Source: an uncultured bacterium
GTDB lineage: Bacteria; Patescibacteriota; Minisyncoccia; Phycocordibacterales; Phycocordibacteraceae
NCBI GenBank assembly: GCA_947085985.1
Contig: CAMTYL010000004.1
Location: 150,885-214,884 of the forward strand
Length of the DNA: 64,000 bases
Reading direction: 5' to 3'
Below are positions 29,033 through 37,656 of the stretch, one piece after another; position 1 is the first letter of the stretch; each line of letters begins with the position of its first letter. The position numbers and the translations under genes were made by a program. The notes under the pieces are model-generated. The model ran no database searches. It saw nothing but the letters and a program-made list of their open reading frames with translations, and was not told the origin of the DNA.

Positions 29033-29587
29033 CTACTTTGATGCGGATGAGAGAGCCGCCTTAAGGCGTGCATCTTTACCAACGGCGGAGCGGGGAATCT
29101 GTCCAAGTGCTCCACGGGCCTCGCGCTCCGTATAGCCGAGTGCAACTAACATATCAAATACGTCCGCGTCGCTTTCATCGTGCCCCTGGTCTCGGCCCCC
29201 AAGCTTCTCAGCAAGTTCTACGATAATTTTCTCCGCAGCTTTCTTTCCAAGGCCGGCAACGCGAGTGAGGTAGTCGAGGTCACGCCCTGCAATCGCGCTC
29301 TCAAGTGAGGCGCGTGGACCACGCCGCATGATTGAAAGCGCGGTCTTTGGTCCTACGTTTGGTACTGAAAGGAGAAGTTCAAAAAAAGCCCGCTCCTCCT
29401 CAATAACAAAGCCGTATAAATCCACCCCGTCCTGTTTAATGGAGAGATAGGTCTTTAAGGTCACCTCGCTGCCGGGAGAAAGCTGTTCCGGAGCAGCCAG
29501 ATGCACAAATACACCCCAGCCAGCCACGTCTACCACCGCACCGACGGTGTCTACTGATAAAACCCTGCCACGAATCTCTCTAATCAT
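29033..29587 (-). CDS. ruvA: Holliday junction DNA helicase subunit RuvA
   Basis: MIREIRGRVLSV... OB-fold N-terminus, helix-hairpin-helix region, 184 aa. Confidence 0.85.
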   Translation of the reverse strand: MIREIRGRVLSVDTVGAVVDVAGWGVFVHLAAPEQLSPGSEVTLKTYLSIKQDGVDLYGFVIEEERAFFELLLSVPNVGPKTALSIMRRGPRASLESAIAGRDLDYLTRVAGLGKKAAEKIIVELAEKLGGRDQGHDESDADVFDMLVALGYTEREARGALGQIPRSAVGKDARLKAALSSASK

Positions 29588-29643
29588 GCCTATATCCTAG
29601 CATTCTTGCATCTGCACCGGATATATCGTACTATCCGTTCTAC

Positions 29644-29907
29644 ATGGCAATCACTTCATCAGCAAAGAAGGCGCACCGAGCTTCCCTTAAGAAGCGCGTA
29701 TATAACGTGCGCCGCAAGCGTGCAGTTACCGACACTACCAAAGCAGTAAAGAAGCTTATGGGGACGGACACCAAGGCAGCAAACGAGTCGCTCAGCGCCG
29801 CATTCAAGGCACTTGATAAGGCAGCAAAGGGAGGCACGATTAAGAAGAACACCGCTGACCGCAAGAAGTCGCGCCTCGCAAAGGCTATCGCTCGCGCAGC
29901 AAAGTAA
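29644..29907 (+). CDS. rpsT: 30S ribosomal protein S20
   Basis: MAITSSAKKAHRASLKKRVYNVRRKRAVT... basic 87-aa protein. Confidence 0.85.
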   Translation: MAITSSAKKAHRASLKKRVYNVRRKRAVTDTTKAVKKLMGTDTKAANESLSAAFKALDKAAKGGTIKKNTADRKKSRLAKAIARAAK

Positions 29908-29911
29908 GAAG

Positions 29912-29937
29912 AAACCCCGGCAAGGCCGGGGTTTTTC
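29912..29937 (+). terminator. intrinsic terminator after rpsT
   Basis: CCCCGGC-aag-GCCGGGG followed by TTTTT. Confidence 0.65.
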
Positions 29938-29949
29938 TTTTATTACTGA

Positions 29950-30139
29950 CTCGGTAGGAACCGGCGAGTACGCCTTTCGGTCACACATAAATCTCTGCTA
30001 AGATTTTGCGCGACCCCCACTCGCCGTCGACACGGCTCCGTGCTTCGATTCCTACACGTGAGCCTCCCAGGCTCACTCGAGAGCACCAAATGAAAACAGC
30101 CCTAACTGGGCTGTTTTCATTTGGTGCTCTCGGTAGGAA
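29950..30139 (-). repeat. tRNA-3'-associated structured element, Arg-GCG copy (element D)
   Basis: 11-nt direct repeat CTCGGTAGGAA at 29950 and 30129. 24-bp hairpin GAGAGCACCAAATGAAAACAGCCC-taact-GGGCTGTTTTCATTTGGTGCTCTC (30079-30131). GAGCCT-ccc-AGGCTC hairpin. Core shares GAATCGAA, GCGAGTGGGGGTCGCG and CGAAAG-GCG-TACT-CGC with the other copies. Confidence 0.6.
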
Positions 30140-30196
30140 TCGAACCTACATTGCATCCTCCGCAAGGATGCGTCCTATCCATTGAACGACGAGAGC
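30125..30196 (-). tRNA. tRNA-Arg (anticodon GCG), CCA encoded
   Basis: Hand-folded: acceptor GCTCTCG/CGAGAGC, anticodon stem CATCC/GGATG with loop TTGCGGA, T-arm GTAGG-TTCGATT-CCTAC, discriminator A then CCA. Confidence 0.75.
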
Positions 30197-30206
30197 GAGT
30201 GAGGCA

Positions 30207-30400
30207 AATAGAAATGTGAACGCAGTTCATGTTTCTATTTCGCCGAGCGAGCTCGTGTACCCCTAACGAGTCTTCGAGTGTACGGGGTACGAGAGCGAGG
30301 TGCTCATTCTGTGCGCCGAACGAGCTTGTGTACCCCCGCGAGTCCTCGAGCAGAGGGGTACGAGAGCCTGGGCTCGCTGACACGTTTTTGACTTTATCCT
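30207..30400. repeat. palindrome plus two tandem ~55-nt structured repeats upstream of tRNA-Arg(GCG)
   Basis: AAATAGAAA...TTTCTATTT palindrome at 30207-30241. Units CGAGCTCGTGTACCCCTAACGAGTCTTCGAGTGTACGGGGTACGAGAGC and CGAGCTTGTGTACCCCCGCGAGTCCTCGAGCAGAGGGGTACGAGAGC, each with a GTACCCC/GGGGTAC stem. Confidence 0.5.
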
Positions 30401-30422
30401 TTCTGAGCACTATTGGCAACTT

Positions 30423-30896
30423 TTACAGGCGGAAGCGATGGATGAGCATGTCAAAGAAAGATTCATCATGTTTACCTTCTTCAACGTGCGCGCTGAAGAA
30501 GTCGTACACCTCTACGGGGTCGTGATCAACAATAGGAACAAGAATGTGGGGGGCAAAAATACGCTTGGTCTTTATGGAGAGAGATGGCGGCCACGCTGGG
30601 TCTGCGTATTCAAGGACCGAGAAGTGGAGCATCTCCTCGTAGGTATATAGAATCTGGTCAACATACAGTCCCTCTTCGGTAATGGTAAATACGTGTCGTG
30701 TCGGAGCGCGCAGTGCCTGAAGGGCAACAGTACCGCTGGCGGCTATCACCACGAGAGCGAGGATGAAATTTCCAAAGAGAATACAGGCAACCACTCCAGC
30801 GACAGCGATAACGCCAAGAGACCAGTACCAGTCGGCACCTTTTTCTTCAAACGTGTATTCCTGTGCTTCCCACTGGTAGAAGACCGTGCGGGCCAT
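30423..30896 (-). CDS. small membrane protein
   Basis: 157 aa with two TM helices (WSLGVIAVAGVVACILFGNFILALVVIAASG). Confidence 0.4.
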   Translation of the reverse strand: MARTVFYQWEAQEYTFEEKGADWYWSLGVIAVAGVVACILFGNFILALVVIAASGTVALQALRAPTRHVFTITEEGLYVDQILYTYEEMLHFSVLEYADPAWPPSLSIKTKRIFAPHILVPIVDHDPVEVYDFFSAHVEEGKHDESFFDMLIHRFRL

Positions 30897-30950
30897 ATAA
30901 ATGTAATACTAGCACTCGTGAGTTGATGTAGATGGAGTAATGCACCAAAA

Positions 30951-30980
30951 GATAAAACCCGCCATGTGGCGGGTTTTATC
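30951..30980. terminator. bidirectional terminator after tRNA-Ser
   Basis: GATAAAACCCGCCA/TGGCGGGTTTTATC perfect palindrome. Confidence 0.65.
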
Positions 30981-30985
30981 TTTTG

Positions 30986-31070
30986 CGGAGGAGGTGGGAT
31001 TCGAACCCACGGAGACTTTCGCCTCGGCGGTTTTCAAGACCGCTCGTTTCGACCACTCACGCACTCCTCC
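30986..31070 (-). tRNA. tRNA-Ser (anticodon TGA)
   Basis: Anticodon loop CTTGAAA, long variable arm CGAGGCGAAAGTCTCCG, T-arm GTGGG-TTCGAAT-CCCAC. Confidence 0.85.
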
Positions 31071-31079
31071 AGAGTGTTT

Positions 31080-31376
31080 TTACGCTTCCGTAGAAGCTGA
31101 TGGTGCTGGTGCCGGTGCGGGAGCAACATGAGAAGCGCTCACGCCTTTATTACGGAACCAGACAAGGTACACAATCTCTGGAATGCCAAGCAGATTCACA
31201 ACAAGCAGAAAGATAAACCAACCGTTCTGCGAGCCGCGCGCTGCGTGCCACAACGCATAGCCCTTAATCGCTACCGTCCATACGACAAACGCCATAAGGA
31301 GAGGAAACGCAAAGGGAAGCGTGAGGAACGACACCATTTCTGGAGCTCCCGGAGCCATGAACCAAGAATTCACCAT
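31080..31376 (-). CDS. small membrane protein
   Basis: 98 aa with two to three TM helices. Ala-Pro repeat at the C-terminus. Confidence 0.4.
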   Translation of the reverse strand: MVNSWFMAPGAPEMVSFLTLPFAFPLLMAFVVWTVAIKGYALWHAARGSQNGWFIFLLVVNLLGIPEIVYLVWFRNKGVSASHVAPAPAPAPSASTEA

Positions 31377-31423
31377 ACCGGGAGACTATAGCACGCCGGC
31401 TGGCTCCCGTGTAGGATTTAGCT

Positions 31424-31837
31424 ATGAGGTACTTGGCAATAGATTTTGGCACCAAGCGTGTGGGGCTTGCGCTCTCCGACGAAGGCGCACACATGGGATT
31501 TCCTCACGGCACACTTCCAAATAACGGACGCCTTATTGATGAGGTGCTAGATTTGGTTGCGCGCAAGGAAGTGGGCGCAGTGGTGATAGGAGAGTCACGC
31601 AATTACGATGGCACTCCGAACCCAGTCGCAAAAGCTGCGAAGGAATTTGGTGCACTTATTGAGCGCAGGCTAGTGGGCATGCCGGTCTACTTTGAACCAG
31701 AGACGCTTACCACCCAAGAAGCCCGTAGAAATTTTGAAGGGGTGCGCGAGCCGGGGAGTGGGGGCGCGCACGTCGACGCGTCAGCCGCTGCACTTATTTT
31801 GACCAGCTACTTAGATAGACTACACAACCATGGATAA
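31424..31837 (+). CDS. ruvX: Holliday-junction-resolvase-like nuclease YqgF/RuvX
   Basis: MRYLAIDFGTKRVGLALSD N-terminus. Confidence 0.8.
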   Translation: MRYLAIDFGTKRVGLALSDEGAHMGFPHGTLPNNGRLIDEVLDLVARKEVGAVVIGESRNYDGTPNPVAKAAKEFGALIERRLVGMPVYFEPETLTTQEARRNFEGVREPGSGGAHVDASAAALILTSYLDRLHNHG

Positions 31838-32213
31838 TTCCGAAGAACCAGTTCTTGAAGAGGTATCAGTGCAAGAGGAGCCGCGCATCAGTATTGATGA
31901 CCTTGCAAAAGTAGAAGTGAAAATTGGAACCGTACTCTCGGCGGAGCAGGTACCAGAGACAGACAAATTGCTAAAGCTCTCCGTTGAATTTGGAGAGGAG
32001 CAAGGAGCACGGCAAATCGTGTCGGGCATTAACGAGTATGTCTCGTCCCCCGAAGAGCTGGTTGGTAAGCAGCTTGCCTTTGTCACGAATTTAAAGCCGC
32101 GCACCATCAAAGGACTTGAAAGCAACGGCATGTTGTTTGCGGTAGGGAACAAGGAGACGTTTGCGTTTCTCACCCCAAGCAAGGAGGTGCCCCCTGGCAC
32201 AAGCGCGCACTAG
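31830..32213 (+). CDS. tRNA-binding domain protein (CsaA/Trbp111-like)
   Basis: DLAKVEVKIGTVLSAEQVPETDKLLKLSVEFGEE pattern of the OB-fold tRNA-binding domain. Confidence 0.7.
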   Translation: MDNSEEPVLEEVSVQEEPRISIDDLAKVEVKIGTVLSAEQVPETDKLLKLSVEFGEEQGARQIVSGINEYVSSPEELVGKQLAFVTNLKPRTIKGLESNGMLFAVGNKETFAFLTPSKEVPPGTSAH

Positions 32214-32278
32214 TTTTACACGACAGTGAAGAGAAGCCGGTCAGCGACCGGCGAGGGAGGCGGTATACTACGAATATA

Positions 32279-33382
32279 ATGTCGGACAGTCTTTTGACCC
32301 GTATAGCACGTACAGAGTTCGCGCCACCGCGGTATCTCTCGCTTACTGCGGCTGGTATAGATATTTCAACCAGCGGAATAAAGGCCGCAGTTCTTGCAGA
32401 ACGTATACACGGCCTTGAGTTAGTGAAATTTGCAGAACACCTATTACCTGCAGGTGCGGTGGTGGGTGGTGAGATAGCGGATCCAAAAGCCGTCATTGAA
32501 GCAGTGCAGACCATCGTCAAAAAGAACAATATCAAGTTTGCAAACATCGCACTTTCGGAATCCCGCAGCTATTTGTTTGAAGCAGTGCTAGAGGGTAACC
32601 ACGAGCAGGCCACCTCTAAAGAGCTCCGCAGCCTTACGGAGTCACACTTAGATGAATACGTGCCCTTGCCGCCAGCAGATGTTGCGTTTGATGTCGCGCT
32701 CACTGCAACAACAAAGGACACCACCACGGTGGTGGGCGTGGGGTATGCACGACGAGTGATAGACGAATCGCTCGCAACGCTAGACGACGTCGGCATCACC
32801 ACGCGCGCGATTGAAAGCGAAATATTTTCAATTGCACGCGCGCTTATTCCCCATGACAGCACCGAGACGGTACTCATCATTGATATAGGAAAGACCACCA
32901 CAAAGTTAGCGGTGGTAACGGGGCAAACCCCACGATTTGCGACAACACTAGATATTGGAGGAGACTCGCTCACGCAGGCAGTGATGAAGCACTTTGGTGT
33001 AAGTGAAGAGGAAGCAAAGAAAGTAAAGGCGGAGAAGGGCTTGGTAAGCGAGGGCGGCAAGGACGAGTACATGTCTTCTATGCTCCTCACGGTTTCAGCA
33101 ATTCGCGACGAAATTAGTCACCGCCTTGAGTACTGGCAGGGGAGGGCGCAGATGGGAACTGCACACGAACCAGTTACTCGTGTCATCCTAACGGGCGGAA
33201 ACGCCACCGTCCGCGGGCTACCAGAGTATTTGGAGACTGCCATTAAGCTCCCGGTGGCACTTGGTGACGTGTTCACCAACCTAGCTTCTCGCGATCATTG
33301 GCTGCCACCCCTTGATTACATGGAGTCGCTCGCGTACGCAACCGCCATTGGTCTTGCACTGCGTGATTTTCACACAACCTAA
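32279..33382 (+). CDS. pilM: type IV pilus assembly protein PilM
   Basis: Actin-like ATPase N-terminus GIDISTSGIKAAVL. 367 aa. Followed by pilN/pilO-like genes. Confidence 0.75.
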   Translation: MSDSLLTRIARTEFAPPRYLSLTAAGIDISTSGIKAAVLAERIHGLELVKFAEHLLPAGAVVGGEIADPKAVIEAVQTIVKKNNIKFANIALSESRSYLFEAVLEGNHEQATSKELRSLTESHLDEYVPLPPADVAFDVALTATTKDTTTVVGVGYARRVIDESLATLDDVGITTRAIESEIFSIARALIPHDSTETVLIIDIGKTTTKLAVVTGQTPRFATTLDIGGDSLTQAVMKHFGVSEEEAKKVKAEKGLVSEGGKDEYMSSMLLTVSAIRDEISHRLEYWQGRAQMGTAHEPVTRVILTGGNATVRGLPEYLETAIKLPVALGDVFTNLASRDHWLPPLDYMESLAYATAIGLALRDFHTT

Positions 33383-33385
33383 GCC

Positions 33386-33931
33386 ATGAACCTGCTCCCC
33401 GACAGTAGAAAGAAGCGTCTCGCACAACTCTATCTGGTGAGGCTAAGTGTGGTGAGCGCCGCACTCCTCGCGGCGGTGGGCGTAATTCACGCTGCGCTCT
33501 CCATTCCTTCACTTGTGTACGCACATCAGCTGGTGACCGACCGCACACAGACACTCTCCAGTCTTGGTGAGCAGCTGGCAGGAGCGGAGGATAAGCAGGT
33601 TGGAGAGCGTGTAGCGCACCTGGCTACTTCTGCCACAGCGCTCACGGGAAGCACACAAGGAGTGGCAGTGAGCAGCTTACTTCGCGCGCTCACTCAGATT
33701 GATCATCCGGGAGTTTCAATTACAGGCATGTCGTTTACTCGCGCACAGGCCCCGGATGCACACCGGCTTACTATTTCTGGAAAGGCAATAGGAAGAGGAG
33801 CACTACGCTCATATGCGACTGCACTTGGAACGCTTTCGTACGTAAAGACTGTTGATTTGCCCGTCAGTGCGTATGCAAAGGAAAGTGATATTGATTTCTC
33901 GCTTACGCTCATAGGTACCCTCACGCCATGA
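33386..33931 (+). CDS. PilN-like pilus assembly protein
   Basis: Single N-terminal TM helix (LSVVSAALLAAVGVIHAAL) with coiled-coil. Position after pilM. Confidence 0.5.
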   Translation: MNLLPDSRKKRLAQLYLVRLSVVSAALLAAVGVIHAALSIPSLVYAHQLVTDRTQTLSSLGEQLAGAEDKQVGERVAHLATSATALTGSTQGVAVSSLLRALTQIDHPGVSITGMSFTRAQAPDAHRLTISGKAIGRGALRSYATALGTLSYVKTVDLPVSAYAKESDIDFSLTLIGTLTP

Positions 33932-34458
33932 ACCGCCCCCTCTTACTTCACGCGCTCGTTGCTCTAGCCTTACTAGTAATTGCACTTAGTGCAGTGGTTG
34001 GCACGTCGATCGTGCTTGTAAGTACGGAAAAGGAGGCGGACCGTCTCGCAGCACAGATTGAAGAGAAGCAGGCAGAAATGCTCCGTGTGGCCGCAGCAAA
34101 GGCAGCGCTCCCGCTACTGGTAGAGGCTGAAGGAAAACTCGCAAAGCACAGCTTGCAAACAAGCGACATAGTCCCGTTTCTGGAAGAACTTGAGAGGCTG
34201 GGTAGGGTGCAGGGAGCAGACGTTGAAGTACTGTCAGTAACGGGAGGGCAAGGAAATCCTGCTCAACGTTTTTCACTCTCTCTCAAGGTGTCTGGCTCCT
34301 ACGACGCAGTGGCGCGCACCATTGGACGCATTGAATACGGACCGTACGACACTCAACTCACCACGCTCACTATTGATAGCGGCTTCGCAGAAGGATCAAA
34401 GAACAGGACATGGACTGCAGCGGCTGTTTTCTCAATAGGCGCCAGCGCCACCAACTAG
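33928..34458 (+). CDS. PilO-like pilus assembly protein
   Basis: N-terminal TM helix plus coiled-coil (AAQIEEKQAEMLRVAAAKAAL). Overlapping start with the upstream gene. Confidence 0.5.
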   Translation: MNRPLLLHALVALALLVIALSAVVGTSIVLVSTEKEADRLAAQIEEKQAEMLRVAAAKAALPLLVEAEGKLAKHSLQTSDIVPFLEELERLGRVQGADVEVLSVTGGQGNPAQRFSLSLKVSGSYDAVARTIGRIEYGPYDTQLTTLTIDSGFAEGSKNRTWTAAAVFSIGASATN

Positions 34459-34459
34459 T

Positions 34460-34765
34460 ATGAAAAAATTATTTCCCTCACTACACACGGTTAAAGAGCT
34501 GTTTAAGGTACGGACGCACACGCACCCCGCGCGCGATTGGTTTGTGTTGCTTGGTCTCACTGCACTCCTAATAGGCCTAAGTATTGGTTGGAATGTATGG
34601 AGGTACCTTTCAGTTACCAGCACTCCTGCAACAGAGAGCGAGACAGTGGCAATACCTGAGTTTGATACGAGTGCCGTGGACGCTGTGGAGAAGGTGTTTG
34701 AAGAACGCGCCGCTGAAGCGCGTCGCTACCAGGACACCTATCGTTTCGTTGACCCAAGCCGATAA
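34460..34765 (+). CDS. small membrane protein in the pilMNO cluster
   Basis: 101 aa with one TM helix (FVLLGLTALLIGLSIGWNVW). Confidence 0.35.
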   Translation: MKKLFPSLHTVKELFKVRTHTHPARDWFVLLGLTALLIGLSIGWNVWRYLSVTSTPATESETVAIPEFDTSAVDAVEKVFEERAAEARRYQDTYRFVDPSR

Positions 34766-34784
34766 CCTGGGCTACTGTAGAGGA

Positions 34785-34856
34785 GCCCCCATAGCTCAAT
34801 GGATAGAGCAGGAGACTTCTAAGCTCTTGATGTAGGTTCGATTCCTGCTGGGGGCA
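34785..34856 (+). tRNA. tRNA-Arg (anticodon TCT)
   Basis: Acceptor GCCCCCA/TGGGGGC, D-arm GCTCAATGGATAGAGC, anticodon loop CTTCTAA, T-arm GTAGG-TTCGATT-CCTGC. Confidence 0.85.
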
Positions 34857-35043
34857 CAAAAATGAAAAACTAAGACGGCGTCTTAGTTTTTCTATTTTTT
34901 GTAGGCACCAGCAGGAATCGAAAGCCGGAGCGATACGCGAGCAGCAGCGAGCGTCGCGAGGTGGGGTCGCGTGCATTTGCGAGTGACGACGAGCAAATAA
35001 CAGGTGACCGAAAGTGGTACTCCACGGTTCCTGCTCCAGGCAC
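34857..35043 (+). repeat. tRNA-3'-associated structured element, Arg-TCT copy (element A)
   Basis: AAAATGAAAAACTAAGACG hairpin overlaps the tRNA 3' end. Core has GAATCGAAAGCCGGAGCGAT, GCGAGGTGGGGTCGCG, GCGAGTGACGACGAG and CGAAAG-TGG-TACT-CCA-CGG. Ends with a degenerate copy of the tRNA 3' end (TTCCTGCTCCAGGCAC). Confidence 0.6.
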
Positions 35044-35052
35044 ATAAACACG

Positions 35053-35080
35053 AAAAGGACCGGCAACGGCCGGTCCTTTT
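35053..35080. terminator. bidirectional terminator after tRNA-Val
   Basis: AAAAGGACCGGC-aac-GCCGGTCCTTTT. Confidence 0.65.
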
Positions 35081-35089
35081 CTGTGCGGG

Positions 35090-35162
35090 TGGGCGATAGA
35101 GGACTCGAACCTCTGACCATTCCGGTGTAAACGGAGTGCTCTACCAACTGAGCTAATCGCCC
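35090..35162 (-). tRNA. tRNA-Val (anticodon TAC)
   Basis: Acceptor GGGCGAT, D-arm GCTCAGTTGGTAGAGC, anticodon loop TTTACAC, T-arm AGAGG-TTCGAGT-CCTCT. Confidence 0.85.
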
Positions 35163-35235
35163 GCAGGAGAACAATACCGCAGGTATGAAATTTTGGAAAG
35201 CAACCAACGTCGGCTATGCTTGGTTCTTATAGACT

Positions 35236-35514
35236 ATGAACGAGCGCATAGAGGCAAAGGTTAGTGGCCGAGTGCAAATGGTGATGTATCGCGATTTTGC
35301 TACACGCAAAGCGCGTGGGCTGCGCCTCGTGGGGGAAGTGCAAAACCTACCTGACAAAACGGTGCGCGTGGTCGCCGAAGGACCGAAAGAGAAACTGGTT
35401 GTGTACACACAAAAGCTGAACAAGGGCTCATTACTCTCGCACGTGACAAACGTAGAGGTCTCGTGGCTACCTGCGCAGGGAACACACACTACCTTTTCAA
35501 TTAACTATGACTAA
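35236..35514 (+). CDS. acyP: acylphosphatase
   Basis: VSGRVQMVMYRDFATRKARGLRLVGEVQNLPDKTVRVVAEG matches the acylphosphatase signatures. Confidence 0.8.
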   Translation: MNERIEAKVSGRVQMVMYRDFATRKARGLRLVGEVQNLPDKTVRVVAEGPKEKLVVYTQKLNKGSLLSHVTNVEVSWLPAQGTHTTFSINYD

Positions 35515-36196
35515 AGGCGAGGTACCGAAGGCTATCGGGGTGATTCTTGATGGTAACCGCCGCTGGGCGAGGGAGCAGGGCCTACCTCCGTTTGAAGGTC
35601 ACCGTGAAGGTTCCGAGCGAGTAAAAGATCTGGTGCGGTGGGCGCGAGAAGTTGGTATCGGAACAGTGTATATTTATGCATTTTCAACAGAAAACTGGAA
35701 CCGAGCAGAAGAAGAAGTCAGTTATCTCATGAAGCTGATGGCAAAATTCTTTTCCGAGGGGATTGTGGATGAAATAGAAAAGGAAGACGGCAGGGTTGTT
35801 TTCTTGGGCGACCGGGGCCGCATACCGCCGGAGCTTGTTTATGAGATGGAACGCGCCGAGGAGCGGACGCGTAATGGAAAGGGTGGGACGCTTGCGGTCT
35901 GTTTGTCATACGGAGGACGTGCGGAAATTGTGGCGGCAGCAAACAAGCTCATTCGGGAAGGGAAAGAAATTGAGAGCGAAGAGGAATTTTCGCGAGCATT
36001 ATGGAGTGCGGACCTTCCTGATCCAGACCTCATCATTCGCACGAGTGGGGAGCAGCGCCTCTCAGGGTTTCTCACCTGGCAGTCAGTGTATAGCGAGCTG
36101 TTTTTTACCGACACCAAGTGGCCAGCGTTCACTAAGGAGGAATTCCTTTCTATCCTTGAGGAGTACAGTGCGCGAGAGCGCCGTAAAGGAAAATAG
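35507..36196 (+). CDS. uppS: isoprenyl transferase (undecaprenyl-diphosphate synthase)
   Basis: AIGVILDGNRRWAREQGL and FSTENWNR motifs. Confidence 0.85.
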   Translation: MTKGEVPKAIGVILDGNRRWAREQGLPPFEGHREGSERVKDLVRWAREVGIGTVYIYAFSTENWNRAEEEVSYLMKLMAKFFSEGIVDEIEKEDGRVVFLGDRGRIPPELVYEMERAEERTRNGKGGTLAVCLSYGGRAEIVAAANKLIREGKEIESEEEFSRALWSADLPDPDLIIRTSGEQRLSGFLTWQSVYSELFFTDTKWPAFTKEEFLSILEEYSARERRKGK

Positions 36197-36218
36197 GTAT
36201 CTGTGATAGGGTGAGCTC

Positions 36219-36959
36219 ATGAACCCTGAAATCCTCTATGAGGACGACAATATTGTCGCTATCAATAAGCCGGCGGGCACCATGACGCACCCAGATGGGC
36301 ACACCTCCGACGAAACGGTGAGTGATTGGTTTGCGCGTGCGTACCCAGCTTCACGCGAGGTAGGGGAGACGCAGCGCCTACCTGACGGCACGGAGATAGC
36401 GCGCCCTGGCGTAGTGCATCGTCTTGATCGCGACACGTCGGGTGTGTTGATTTTAGTAAAGACTCCTGAGGCTCACGTGTTCTATAAGGCAGCATTCCAA
36501 GAGCGGCTCACCAAGAAGACGTATCTTGCGGTGGTGTACGGCACGCTAAAAGAAGAGAAGGGAACCATTGAGTTTGCTATTGGCCGTTCTCGAAAGGATT
36601 TCCGCCTACGTTCCGCACAGCCAAAGGCGCGCGGCACGCTGCGGGAGGCCATCACGCACTACGAGGTTATAGATAGTATCGGCACGCATTCGCTCGTGAA
36701 AGTAATGCCAGAAACGGGCAGAACGCATCAAATCCGTGTCCACCTGAAAGCACTCCATCATCCGGTTGTCTGCGATCCGCTGTACGCGATTGGAAAACCG
36801 TGTGATTTGGGGACCTCGCGACTGGCCCTTCATGCAGTGAGCCTGGTCCTACCACTCCCAGAAGGAGGCACTGTTCGCGTACAAGCACCAGTCCCGGGCG
36901 ATCTTGCCAACGCCATTTCGGTCTTTCCAGAAGCCGCGTCAGTTATTGCCTCATTCTAG
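36219..36959 (+). CDS. RluA-family pseudouridine synthase
   Basis: RPGVVHRLDRDTSGVLILVKT catalytic Asp motif and HQIRVHL. Confidence 0.8.
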   Translation: MNPEILYEDDNIVAINKPAGTMTHPDGHTSDETVSDWFARAYPASREVGETQRLPDGTEIARPGVVHRLDRDTSGVLILVKTPEAHVFYKAAFQERLTKKTYLAVVYGTLKEEKGTIEFAIGRSRKDFRLRSAQPKARGTLREAITHYEVIDSIGTHSLVKVMPETGRTHQIRVHLKALHHPVVCDPLYAIGKPCDLGTSRLALHAVSLVLPLPEGGTVRVQAPVPGDLANAISVFPEAASVIASF

Positions 36960-36983
36960 GCCGCATGGTAGAGTGCGCGAATC

Positions 36984-37493
36984 ATGCATACCGTAATCAC
37001 CCCCGTACCAACCAATGAACGAGCCAGTCTCGGCATTCGTTCCGGCGACACCGTTCGCGTCCACCAGAAGGTGGTAGAGAAGGGTAAGACCCGTCTCCAG
37101 GTATTTGAGGGCCTTGTTATTGCCGTTAAGCACGGCACAGAGCCAGGAGCTACCTTTACCGTACGCGCCACCCTATCAGGTGTTGGTGTAGAGAAGATTT
37201 TCCCTCTATACAGCCCAGTTATTGATAAGATTGAGATCACCAAGCGCTCTAAGGTTCGCCGTGCAAAGCTCTACTTCATCCGTGAGAAGGTTGCTCGCGA
37301 GGTACGTCGCCAGCTTCGCAACATGCGCATGGTGAAGATCTCCACCGATGACTTCAAGAAGGAGGAGGCTCCTATCGTTGAGGAGACTGTAGAAGAGGCA
37401 ACTGAAGCTCCTGAGGTAGTGGTTGAGGCTACTGAGACCGAGGAGGTGGCTGCCGCGACCGAAACTACTGAGGAAGAGAAGAAGGACGCGTAA
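36984..37493 (+). CDS. rplS: 50S ribosomal protein L19 with acidic C-terminal extension
   Basis: [27 protein letters not shown]19 core. E/T-rich tail. Confidence 0.9.
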   Translation: MHTVITPVPTNERASLGIRSGDTVRVHQKVVEKGKTRLQVFEGLVIAVKHGTEPGATFTVRATLSGVGVEKIFPLYSPVIDKIEITKRSKVRRAKLYFIREKVAREVRRQLRNMRMVKISTDDFKKEEAPIVEETVEEATEAPEVVVEATETEEVAAATETTEEEKKDA

Positions 37494-37514
37494 TACGCCC
37501 CAGCATATTTGTAA

Positions 37515-37556
37515 AAAATGAGCCGGCCCGCTATAGTAAGCGGGCCGGCTCATTTT
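37515..37556 (+). terminator. intrinsic terminator after rplS
   Basis: AAAATGAGCCGGCCCGC-tatagta-AGCGGGCCGGCTCATTTT. Confidence 0.7.
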
Positions 37557-37571
37557 GAGCTCGTATGCCAT

Positions 37572-37656
37572 GCCCAGGTGGTGAAATTGGTATACACGCA
37601 TCCTTGAGGTGGATGTGGCTTCGGCTGTGGAGGTTCAAGTCCTCTCCTGGGCACCA
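37572..37656 (+). tRNA. tRNA-Leu (anticodon GAG), CCA encoded
   Basis: Anticodon loop TTGAGGT, long variable arm TGGCTTCGGCTGT, T-arm GGAGG-TTCAAGT-CCTCT, acceptor GCCCAGG/CCTGGGC. Confidence 0.85.

Noticed and set aside
30249-30370. Possible CRISPR array
   Set aside because: Only two imperfect direct repeats with no unique spacers and no cas genes. Classed as tandem structured repeats.
30117-30525. ORFs 30117-30419 (minus) and 30229-30525 (plus)
   Set aside because: They overlap tRNA-Arg(GCG), its hairpin and the tandem 55-nt repeats. No protein-like features.
34614-35207. 197-aa minus-strand ORF
   Set aside because: It spans tRNA-Arg(TCT), a terminator, structured element A and tRNA-Val, so it is a non-coding region read as protein.
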